From positions 32,001 to 96,000 of the forward strand of contig JBLWVX010000004.1 of the NCBI GenBank assembly GCA_048268245.1: a stretch of 64,000 bases of DNA, given 5' to 3'. The position numbers and the translations under genes were made by a program. The notes beneath the pieces are model-generated. The model did not search any database. It was given only the letters and a program-made list of their open reading frames with translations, and was not told the origin of the DNA. Shown piece by piece: positions 20,098-28,606 of this stretch (positions are counted from its first letter, which is position 1; every line of letters starts with the position of its first letter). This stretch comes from Arcobacteraceae bacterium (GTDB lineage: Bacteria > Campylobacterota > Campylobacteria > Campylobacterales > Arcobacteraceae).

Positions 20098-20262
20098 ATT
20101 TTACTTTCATTATTTTATATTATTTATATGATATTAAAAATGTTATTTAGTTTTGCTTTGTTTTTTTACTTTCATATTTTATACAGCTGTATATTTACTA
20201 AGCAGTTTTTTTCATATATGAAGTTTTTGTTTTGCTATACTAAAAATAAAACAAGGCTATTT

Positions 20263-20661
20263 ATGGGACTATTTGATATAAGTATAAAAAAAGAGTTACC
20301 CTCTACACTTTCAAAACATGAGTTTTTAGAAGAACTAAAAGTTTCACTTATTCAAGACAAAGAGTATGAAACAAAACTAGATAAAAGCTCACTTGAAATA
20401 GAAAAACTTCATCTTGATACACTTTTGAAGTATAACTGTAAAATCACTTTAGAAAAACAAAAAAAATCAACTTCATTTCATCTTGAAGGGCAGTTACATG
20501 ATACTTTGATACTTACTATTTTGATTATCTTAGCTATTTTACTTACTTATGGAATAGGTGTAGTATTAGTGATACTTTTCACATATTTTCAAAAGAAAAA
20601 AGCAACTAAGTATGTAAATGAGATTTTAGATAAGTATGAGCCTATAAAAAAATCAAATTAG
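20263..20661 (+). CDS. Hypothetical membrane protein (ATG at 20263 preferred)
   Basis: C-terminal hydrophobic hairpin; AAGG upstream of 20263. Confidence 0.65.
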   Translation: MGLFDISIKKELPSTLSKHEFLEELKVSLIQDKEYETKLDKSSLEIEKLHLDTLLKYNCKITLEKQKKSTSFHLEGQLHDTLILTILIILAILLTYGIGVVLVILFTYFQKKKATKYVNEILDKYEPIKKSN

Positions 20662-20737
20662 CTACTACTTACAAAACTTTAGATACAATCACTCTTTAGA
20701 AAATCGAATAATTTATAATAAACAAAAAGGAAAAAAT

Positions 20738-21253
20738 ATGCCATTATTAGATAGTTTTAGAGTTGATCATACAATTATGCCAGCACCAGCAGTTAGAGTT
20801 GCAAAGACAATGAAGTCACCATCTGGTGATATTATCACTGTATTTGACTTAAGATTCTGTGTTCCAAATGAAAAGATGTTAGGAGAAAAAGGTATTCACA
20901 CATTAGAGCACCTTTTTGCAGGATTTATTAGAGAGCATTTAAACTCTGATACAGTTGAGATTATTGATGTATCTCCTATGGGTTGTAGAACTGGTTTTTA
21001 TATGAGTTTATTGGGTTCTCCATCAGAAGAGCAAGTTGGTAAAGCTTGGAGAGCAGCTATGGAAGATGTACTTAAAGTTGAAACTCAAAATGACATCCCA
21101 GAACTAAACGAATTCCAATGTGGCACATACAAAATGCACTCATTAGAAGAAGCAAAACAAATCGCACAAGATATTTTAGATAGCGAAATTGGTGTTATGT
21201 CAAACAAAGAGTTATTTTTATCAGAAGAGAAACTAAACTCACTAGGAAACTAA
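20738..21253 (+). CDS. luxS: S-ribosylhomocysteine lyase (AI-2 synthase)
   Basis: [34 protein letters not shown]. Confidence 0.99.
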   Translation: MPLLDSFRVDHTIMPAPAVRVAKTMKSPSGDIITVFDLRFCVPNEKMLGEKGIHTLEHLFAGFIREHLNSDTVEIIDVSPMGCRTGFYMSLLGSPSEEQVGKAWRAAMEDVLKVETQNDIPELNEFQCGTYKMHSLEEAKQIAQDILDSEIGVMSNKELFLSEEKLNSLGN

Positions 21254-21256
21254 GTT

Positions 21257-21700
21257 TTGAGTAAAAAGCTAGAGCTTTTCAAAGAGTTATTTGCTGATTA
21301 TCCAAATATAGCTATATTGCATGTGGATAACTCTTTGGATTTAGTTACAAATACCCTGGAGCAAGTAAGAGAAAAAAACGACGGAAATATCAAATATATC
21401 AAGTTTGAAGATGAAACCTCAGCAAGACTTAGAGCTACAGCTAGAGAGTATGAGTATGTAATCTTAGGAGATATTTTATCTTACTGTCCAAACAAAGATA
21501 AAATTTTGAAGCTTATGTATAAGGCTATTGAAAACTCAGGAAATATCATCATCTTAGAAAAAAAGACAAATGACAATCTTTATGAGCTTTTAGAGCTTAT
21601 AGAAAATACTGGTTTTCAAGCTGTAAACAACATCGATTTATTTGATGAATACAACACAATCACTGCAAAAAAAATGCACCATTGGGACAACGGACTATAA
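21257..21700 (+). CDS. Hypothetical protein, possible degenerate SAM-methyltransferase fold
   Basis: YEYVIL...LMYKAIENSGNIIILE resembles MTase strands; lies in the luxS gene run. Confidence 0.55.
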   Translation: MSKKLELFKELFADYPNIAILHVDNSLDLVTNTLEQVREKNDGNIKYIKFEDETSARLRATAREYEYVILGDILSYCPNKDKILKLMYKAIENSGNIIILEKKTNDNLYELLELIENTGFQAVNNIDLFDEYNTITAKKMHHWDNGL

Positions 21701-22440
21701 GTTTGCAAGAAATAGTAAAAACAATAGATGGGTCAAACACCCTTTATTCACCAAAATACAATCAGCACTATCACAATATAGATGATGGTGCTGTAAATGA
21801 AGCCCTATCAAAACATATCATCCCAACTTTACAGTTTCAAAAAAACAAAAAAGAGTTAAATATCTTAGATATTTGTTTTGGCTTAGGATACAACACATTT
21901 ACAACTTTGTACCATATCAAAAAAAACAATCTATCACATAAAGTAAATATCTACTCACCTGAACTTGATGGAGATTTAGTAAAGTCTTTAGAGAATTTCG
22001 AGTTTCCAAAAGAGTTTGATGAAATAAAACACATCATAAAAGAAGTTAGTATCAACAGTTTTTATGAAGATGAAGATATTAAAATAGAGGTATTTATAGG
22101 TGATGCAAGAGACTATATCAGAAGTTTTGAAGAAGAGTTTTTTGATATAGTTTACCAAGATGCTTTTTCTAGTGAGGTAAATATGGAGCTTTGGACAAAA
22201 GAGTATTTTGATGATATTTTTAGAATCTCAAAACAAGACTCTATTTTATCTACTTATGCTATAGCAACTCCAATAAGGTTATCACTTTATGAAGCTGGTT
22301 ACCTTATTTATCAACATATTCCAGTAAAAAGAAAGATTACTTTAGCTTTTAAACAAAGCCAAGAAAATATTGGAAAATACATAAATATGGAACTAAAAAA
22401 ACAAAGAAACAAAGAAGCAAAAGCTATTTATGATAAATAG
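21682..22440 (+). CDS. mnmD: MnmD/MnmC-type tRNA mnm5s2U34 methyltransferase
   Basis: TIDGSNTLYS..Y.QHYH, ILDICFGLGYN, GDAR, YQDAFS...ELW. Confidence 0.85.
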   Translation: MGQRTISLQEIVKTIDGSNTLYSPKYNQHYHNIDDGAVNEALSKHIIPTLQFQKNKKELNILDICFGLGYNTFTTLYHIKKNNLSHKVNIYSPELDGDLVKSLENFEFPKEFDEIKHIIKEVSINSFYEDEDIKIEVFIGDARDYIRSFEEEFFDIVYQDAFSSEVNMELWTKEYFDDIFRISKQDSILSTYAIATPIRLSLYEAGYLIYQHIPVKRKITLAFKQSQENIGKYINMELKKQRNKEAKAIYDK

Positions 22441-22455
22441 CTTTTGTTTTCAAAT

Positions 22456-23976
22456 TTAATCCACTTTTATTACAGCAGCACCACGTCTACTATCACAACC
22501 ACCATTTAGGTTTCCATCCACAGCTTGAACTCCACCAAAAAATACATTTAAATCATCAAAGTATTGAAGTTTATAGTGTTTTTCTAACTCATCTCTTATG
22601 GCTTGTGAACAATCAGGTTCCATACAAACACTTCCTTTTTCAAAGTGAATTCTAGGACTGTTTATACTCTCATGTAAGCTTTTTCCATAATCAAGATTGT
22701 TTATCATAGTTTGAGTTATGGCTGATCTTATTCTATTACTTCCTGCACTTCCAAGTATAAGTTCTGGTTTTCCATCTTTAAGTACTGCTGTTGGTGCCAT
22801 CATAGATGGAAGTCTAAGTCCTTCTTCCCATGCAAACCAACCATGAGGATTTAAGTCTTCTTCTCCCATCATATTATTTAGCATAATTCCAGAACTTGGT
22901 ATTACATGACCTGAACCTTCACCATTTGTAGTAGTAACTGATACAGCATTTCCAAGTTCATCTATAACTGATAAGTGCGTTGTATTTCCCCACAGATTAA
23001 GTCTTGAGTGCATAGTAGTACAGTAGTTTTTGATAAGTCTATCATTTTGTAAAATATCTTTTAGTTTTTCATCATGTAAAAACTCATCCACATGTTCACG
23101 TCTAAAATCACTTGTAGTATTAAAAGCTTCTATCATTCCTTTTACATACTCAAAACTTCTAAAATCTTTAAGGTCATATTTTTCAAGTATTTTCATAGTA
23201 AAAGCTATAAGTATTCCTCCTCCACTTGGTGGTGAGTTTGTAACTATTTCATAACCTTTATAGTTAAAATCAATTGGTTCTCTTTTTATACACTGATAGT
23301 TTTTTAAATCCTCTTTTAAAATAAGTCCATCATTCTCTTTCATGATTTTCTCTATCTCATCAGCAACTACACCTTCATAGAAAACTTTACTTCCTTCTTT
23401 TGCAAAGGCTTCTAAAAAGTCAGCATATGCAGGGTTCTTAAATAAGTGTGTTTCATCTATTAGATTTTTATCATCAATTCCATATACATCCATAGATGAT
23501 TTTGTTGATGTAAAAATAGGCTCTAACAGTTTTACAAAACTAGCTTGCATAGAAGATAGATATACACCTTGCCTTGCATACTTTACAGCTGGTTTAATTA
23601 TCTCACTTAAAGGAAGTGTTCCTTTATCTTTGTGTACTTGATAGATACCTTCAACAAGTCCAGGAATAGCAACACTACCAGCTCCTATATGAAACTCTTG
23701 AACGGCTGCTCCAAAATCTACATATATTGGATAAAACTCCGGCTCTTCCACTCTTTTTTTTGGAACTTGTACAAAAAAATCATAAAGTTCTGGCTTTTTA
23801 CCTTTTTCAAGGCCTAGAAGAAAGCCCCCTCCACCAAGACTTGTAAATAATGGCTCTGTTAAAGGAGCTGCTAACATTACAGCAAGTGCTGCATCATAAG
23901 CGTTTCCTCCTTGTTTTAATATATCAGCTCCTGCTTGTGCTGAGTTTGTATCTCCTGCTGAGACTACACCTTTCAT
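22456..23976 (-). CDS. ggt: Gamma-glutamyltransferase (no signal peptide)
   Basis: GGNAYDAA, SLGGGGF, catalytic TTHLSVID..GNAVSVTTT, PSMMAP, GSAGSNRI. Confidence 0.92.
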   Translation of the reverse strand: MKGVVSAGDTNSAQAGADILKQGGNAYDAALAVMLAAPLTEPLFTSLGGGGFLLGLEKGKKPELYDFFVQVPKKRVEEPEFYPIYVDFGAAVQEFHIGAGSVAIPGLVEGIYQVHKDKGTLPLSEIIKPAVKYARQGVYLSSMQASFVKLLEPIFTSTKSSMDVYGIDDKNLIDETHLFKNPAYADFLEAFAKEGSKVFYEGVVADEIEKIMKENDGLILKEDLKNYQCIKREPIDFNYKGYEIVTNSPPSGGGILIAFTMKILEKYDLKDFRSFEYVKGMIEAFNTTSDFRREHVDEFLHDEKLKDILQNDRLIKNYCTTMHSRLNLWGNTTHLSVIDELGNAVSVTTTNGEGSGHVIPSSGIMLNNMMGEEDLNPHGWFAWEEGLRLPSMMAPTAVLKDGKPELILGSAGSNRIRSAITQTMINNLDYGKSLHESINSPRIHFEKGSVCMEPDCSQAIRDELEKHYKLQYFDDLNVFFGGVQAVDGNLNGGCDSRRGAAVIKVD

Positions 23977-25049
23977 TTAACTACTCCTATTTTTTCTACT
24001 TCTTTTAAGTCATTTGTTTTTTCATAAATTTCTATCATATCTTGTGCAATTGAGTTTTTATTTACAATTTCTCTTGCCTTATCCATAAACTCATCACTAA
24101 TTATGTGATGTTCATATAGTTCATCAATAAGTTTGTGAATAACTTCTCTTATTGTTTTTTTCTGATTTTTACCTATAAAGTTTGCATTCATTGAGTATCT
24201 TGAGGCTTTCCACATATTTTGTTTTAAAACTTGCATAGGTTCAAAAGTTACTTCTTTTATTTGTGATAGTTTACATATCCCTCTAAACAATCCTATTATT
24301 ATCTCTAATCTATCAAAATCATTTATAGCATCACAAACTCTAAACTCGATAGTTTTAAAGCTTGGCTGAATTCTCACATCCCACCAAACATCTTTTTCAC
24401 TTTGTATTGCCTCTGATTTATAAAGTATGTTATATACATTTTTCATTTGCGTATAACTAGTAAAATATTCAGGAATAGAAGCTTTTGGAAGTCTATCAAA
24501 AACCTTTGTTCTATAAGAGTGAATACCCGTATCTTGACCATTTGAGTACACAGATGAAGCAGATAGTGCTACAAATATAGGCATATAGGTCAATGAAAAG
24601 TTATATGCTTTTAACGCCTTGTCAAAGTTCTTAAAGCCCACATGTACATGCAAACCACATATTGAGAAATCATCTAAAAGTATTTTGTGTTCATTTGATA
24701 GTTCTTGGTATCTTTTATTTGAAGATAATTCTAAATGGTCTTGTTTTAAAGCACTCGAACCGCTTGATTGAAGAAGTAAGTTTTTCTTTGAAGCTAAACT
24801 ATTTAATTCCAAAGTAATCTCTTTAAAGTATTTTATTAAATCTGATAAATTATTAAAGACAGGTGTATTTATTTCTAGCATACACTGTAAAAATTCAGAT
24901 GTAATATTATCTTTAAACTTAGCAGAAATATTTTGCTTGAAATAGTCATACTCATTTGCACAACTTAAATCATCAGCATTCAGAATTCTTAGTTCTAACT
25001 CTGCGCCCAACGTAAATACATATCCATTTGTAAATTTGTCGAAAATCAA
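23973..25049 (-). CDS. YbdK-family carboxylate-amine ligase (glutamate-cysteine ligase 2)
   Basis: FTLGAELE, LEINTP, GLHVHVG, WWDVR..P.FKTIEFRVCD. Confidence 0.9.
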   Translation of the reverse strand: MIFDKFTNGYVFTLGAELELRILNADDLSCANEYDYFKQNISAKFKDNITSEFLQCMLEINTPVFNNLSDLIKYFKEITLELNSLASKKNLLLQSSGSSALKQDHLELSSNKRYQELSNEHKILLDDFSICGLHVHVGFKNFDKALKAYNFSLTYMPIFVALSASSVYSNGQDTGIHSYRTKVFDRLPKASIPEYFTSYTQMKNVYNILYKSEAIQSEKDVWWDVRIQPSFKTIEFRVCDAINDFDRLEIIIGLFRGICKLSQIKEVTFEPMQVLKQNMWKASRYSMNANFIGKNQKKTIREVIHKLIDELYEHHIISDEFMDKAREIVNKNSIAQDMIEIYEKTNDLKEVEKIGVVK

Positions 25050-25123
25050 GTTGCACCAACTTTTTTAAAGAGATTTGTTGTAACATATATACTAACATAA
25101 AAATTATAAAAAGGTTACTTATC

Positions 25124-25366
25124 ATGTACAAAAATATAATATTTACTATCTTAGTATCTATAATTTTTAGTTCTTGTAGCTCTACAAAAGAGGTAAAGCT
25201 AGATAACAAATGCTATGAGCTTCCAAAAAGTGGTATGTGTAAAGCAATGTTCTCAAAATATTATTTTGATCAAAATGAAAAAAAATGTAAACAGTTTATT
25301 TGGGGAGGATGTGGAGGAAATATTCCTTTTGAATCTTTAAAAGAGTGTGAAGAAAAGTGTAAGTAA
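25124..25366 (+). CDS. BPTI/Kunitz-type protease-inhibitor lipoprotein
   Basis: Lipobox FSSC; six Kunitz cysteines, GMCKA, YYFD, FIWGGCGGN, F.SLKECEEKC. Confidence 0.9.
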   Translation: MYKNIIFTILVSIIFSSCSSTKEVKLDNKCYELPKSGMCKAMFSKYYFDQNEKKCKQFIWGGCGGNIPFESLKECEEKCK

Positions 25367-25376
25367 AACCTTACAC

Positions 25377-25871
25377 TTATTCACTTAAATTATCTAAAAT
25401 ATATCTTTCTAAATCTCTTTTTGAAACTTCATCTTTTAGTGATTTTTCAAAAATCTCTTCTATTTTTTTTGAATAATCTTCATATGAAAATAAAGGGAAG
25501 TGTAATTTCCATGATCTTTTAATAAGAAGTAAACTAATAGAGTCTCTCATTCTTGATCTAAAGAAATTAAACCCAATAAAAATTACAGCAGTAATCACCA
25601 TAGCACCCAAGATAGAAATATGTGAATCAATCTTAGCTAAGGTTTTATGAGTAAGTAGTGATATTGGAACTATTATAGATAAAACAATTCCCAAATAAAC
25701 TAAATAAGCTCTTGTAAGTCTGAGTCTAAAACCTAACTTTGCAGGGTCTACATGCATTCCCTCATTATATTGCCTATTTGCAATTAGTAAATCTCTTAAA
25801 AGTATTGGCTGTTTTGATGTAATATAAATATAGTCTAAAATTTTTTCTTTAAATGTTCTTTTTTTAGGCAT
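25377..25871 (-). CDS. Hypothetical membrane protein (2 TM)
   Basis: 164-aa ORF with two hydrophobic segments and GGAAAG RBS. Confidence 0.75.
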   Translation of the reverse strand: MPKKRTFKEKILDYIYITSKQPILLRDLLIANRQYNEGMHVDPAKLGFRLRLTRAYLVYLGIVLSIIVPISLLTHKTLAKIDSHISILGAMVITAVIFIGFNFFRSRMRDSISLLLIKRSWKLHFPLFSYEDYSKKIEEIFEKSLKDEVSKRDLERYILDNLSE

Positions 25872-26060
25872 AAACTTTCCCTATAAAATTTTATATTTAT
25901 TTTATCTAAAAAAATGATAATAATCGGTTAATCAAACAAAGTGAAAACTTTATAAATCACTTAATACCTATTGTTTCTTAATATTTCTAATATAAATAAA
26001 ATTTATATAAAAATTTAATCTAAATAACTATAAACTAGGCAAAATATTTTAGGCATTATA

Positions 26061-28601
26061 ATGAAAAAAACAGTTTTTATACTTTTTACTTTTTTTTATG
26101 CTTTTTTATATGCAAATGAAAAAAGCGAAATATCTATACAGTTTATGTGGCATGATCAGTTTCAATTTGCTGGATTTTATATGGCAAAAGAAAAAGGCTT
26201 TTATGAAAAAACTGGCTTAAATGTAGAGTTTCATAAATATACTTCACAAACCAACCTAGTAAATAGAGTACTTACAAAAAAATCTGATTTTGCAACAGGT
26301 TCAAGTTCACTTATAATTGATAAATCAAATGGTAAAGATATAGTTCTACTTGGTTCTATTTTTCAATCTTCTCCAATGATGCTTTTAGCTTTGAAAAACT
26401 CAAACATCACTAGTTTTGAAGATATTAAAAACAAAAGAATCATGACAATAAAAAACAAACAAAGATTTGCCACTTTACAAGCAATGCTAACAAGTAAAAA
26501 TATATCGATGAATGATATTGTTTTTTTAGATCATAGCTTTAATATTAAAGATTTGATAAACAAAAAAACTGACTTGATGTTAGCATATACTACAAATGAA
26601 CCTTTCTTATTAAAAGAGTTAGGTTATGAAACAATAAGTTTTAATCCAAAAGATTATGGTTTTGATTTTTATGAAGAGTTGATTTTTACATCAAAAGAGT
26701 TTGCTACAAAAAACCCAACTACTGTTAAAAACTTTTATGATGCTAGTATAAAAGGATGGGAATATGCCTTTGATAATATTAATGAAACTGCAAAACTTAT
26801 TTTTGAGAAATATAATCCTCAAAACAAAAGCTTAGAGAGTCTTCTTTTTGAAGCAAAACAAATGAAAAAGCTTGTTTATACAAAAGATAAGAAAATAGGA
26901 ACTATCACTAGAGAAAAAATAACATTAATTGAGAACACTTATAGAATTATGGGTTTACTTAACAAACCTTTAAATATTGATAAGTTAATTTATAAAGAAC
27001 ATATAAAAAGTAAAAACACCCTTTCTCAAAAAGAAATTCAACTTTTAAAAAAGATGAAAACTATAAAAATGTGTATTGATCCTAGTTGGATGCCCTTTGA
27101 AAAAATCCAAAAGGGCAAGCATATAGGTATTTCAGCTGATTTTATAAAACTTATAGAAAAGAAAATAGATACAAAAATAGAACTAGTTCCAACAACAAAT
27201 TGGAGTGAATCTTTAGGGTTTGTTAAAAAAAGATTATGTGATATTATTTCTTTGATTATGCCAACAGAAGATAGAAAACTATTTTTAGACTTTACAACAC
27301 CATATTTAGAAGTACCTATAGTTGTTGCATCTAAACTTAATAACCCTTTTATAAATACAAAAACTGATTTAAAAGGAGAAAAATTAGCTATTGTAAAAGG
27401 TTATGCCTATGCAAAAAAATTAAAATACCAATACCCTTATTTAAATCTCATTGAAGTAGAAAATATAAAAGAGGGATTTGAAAAAATAGAAAATGATGAA
27501 GTTTATGGAGTTATAGGTAGCCTTGGAACAGTTGGATACCATATACAAAAAGAGTATATAGGTCAACTAAAAATTAGTGGTAAGTTTGATGAAAAATGGA
27601 GTTTAAGTATAGGAACAAGAAATGATATTCCTGAACTTAAAACAATATTTGAAAAAGCAATAAATAGTATAGAAGAGAGTAAAAAACAATCTATTTTAAA
27701 TAATTGGATTTCAGTTAACTATGAAAGAAGTTTTAACTATAATCTTTTATATAAAATCATTGCTGCTATTTTTATAATAATATTTTTAGTTTTCTTAAGT
27801 TACAGACAAATTCTTCTTAAAAATTTAAATGAAAAGCTAAAAAAAAAAGTTGCCCTTGAAATAGAAAAAAACAATGAACAAAACCAACTAATGAACCAGC
27901 AAGCAAAACTTGCAGCTATGGGTGAAATGATGGGAAATATTGCTCACCAATGGAGGCAACCTTTATCTTTAATTACCATAACAGCCACAGGTATGAAGTT
28001 TAAAAAAGAACTAAATATCTTAGATGATAAAGAGTTTAATGATTGTATTGATCAAATCGTTACTTCTACAAAATACTTATCAAATACTATAGATGATTTT
28101 AGAAACTTTTTAAATAGAAATAAACCTGCTTTTACATTTAAAACAAAACAGTTAGTTTCTAAAACTCTAAATCTAATAAATGCTCAATTTAAAAACAACG
28201 ATATTGAAATAATTTTAAATGTAGATGATGTAAAAATAACAACTCATGAAAATGAACTTATTCAAGTTTTAATAAATATCTTAAATAATGCAAAAGATGC
28301 CCTTGAAGATAAAGATTATGAAAAACTAATTTTAATAAATATTTATGAAGAAAGAAATAGTGTTTTTATACAAATACAAGATAATGCAAAAGGAATTGAT
28401 GAAAATATTATTTCAAAAATTTTTGAACCATACTTTACCACAAAACACCAAACACAAGGGACAGGTATTGGTTTATATATGAGTAAACAAATGGTACATA
28501 AAACTATGAAAGGAAATCTAAAAGTAGAAAATAAAAACTTCACACATAAACAAAAAGAGTATAAAGGTGCTTTATTTACAATACAGTTAAATAAAAACTA
28601 A
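26061..28601 (+). CDS. Sensor histidine kinase with NMT1/THI5-like and family-3 periplasmic binding domains
   Basis: W.DQFQFAGFYMAKEKGFY; CIDPSWMPFE; IAHQWRQPL; PYFTTK..GTGIGLY. Confidence 0.9.
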   Translation: MKKTVFILFTFFYAFLYANEKSEISIQFMWHDQFQFAGFYMAKEKGFYEKTGLNVEFHKYTSQTNLVNRVLTKKSDFATGSSSLIIDKSNGKDIVLLGSIFQSSPMMLLALKNSNITSFEDIKNKRIMTIKNKQRFATLQAMLTSKNISMNDIVFLDHSFNIKDLINKKTDLMLAYTTNEPFLLKELGYETISFNPKDYGFDFYEELIFTSKEFATKNPTTVKNFYDASIKGWEYAFDNINETAKLIFEKYNPQNKSLESLLFEAKQMKKLVYTKDKKIGTITREKITLIENTYRIMGLLNKPLNIDKLIYKEHIKSKNTLSQKEIQLLKKMKTIKMCIDPSWMPFEKIQKGKHIGISADFIKLIEKKIDTKIELVPTTNWSESLGFVKKRLCDIISLIMPTEDRKLFLDFTTPYLEVPIVVASKLNNPFINTKTDLKGEKLAIVKGYAYAKKLKYQYPYLNLIEVENIKEGFEKIENDEVYGVIGSLGTVGYHIQKEYIGQLKISGKFDEKWSLSIGTRNDIPELKTIFEKAINSIEESKKQSILNNWISVNYERSFNYNLLYKIIAAIFIIIFLVFLSYRQILLKNLNEKLKKKVALEIEKNNEQNQLMNQQAKLAAMGEMMGNIAHQWRQPLSLITITATGMKFKKELNILDDKEFNDCIDQIVTSTKYLSNTIDDFRNFLNRNKPAFTFKTKQLVSKTLNLINAQFKNNDIEIILNVDDVKITTHENELIQVLINILNNAKDALEDKDYEKLILINIYEERNSVFIQIQDNAKGIDENIISKIFEPYFTTKHQTQGTGIGLYMSKQMVHKTMKGNLKVENKNFTHKQKEYKGALFTIQLNKN

Positions 28602-28606
28602 TATTT

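Noticed and set aside
17475..20260. Retron (type I-A) interpretation of the ATPase+HNH pair
   Set aside because: No reverse transcriptase ORF and no recognisable msr/msd inverted repeats nearby.
27839..27848. A10 homopolymer in the orphan kinase as a phase-variation tract
   Set aside because: The frame is intact, poly-A runs are common in this AT-rich Lys-rich coding DNA, and Campylobacterota contingency loci are typically poly-G/C.
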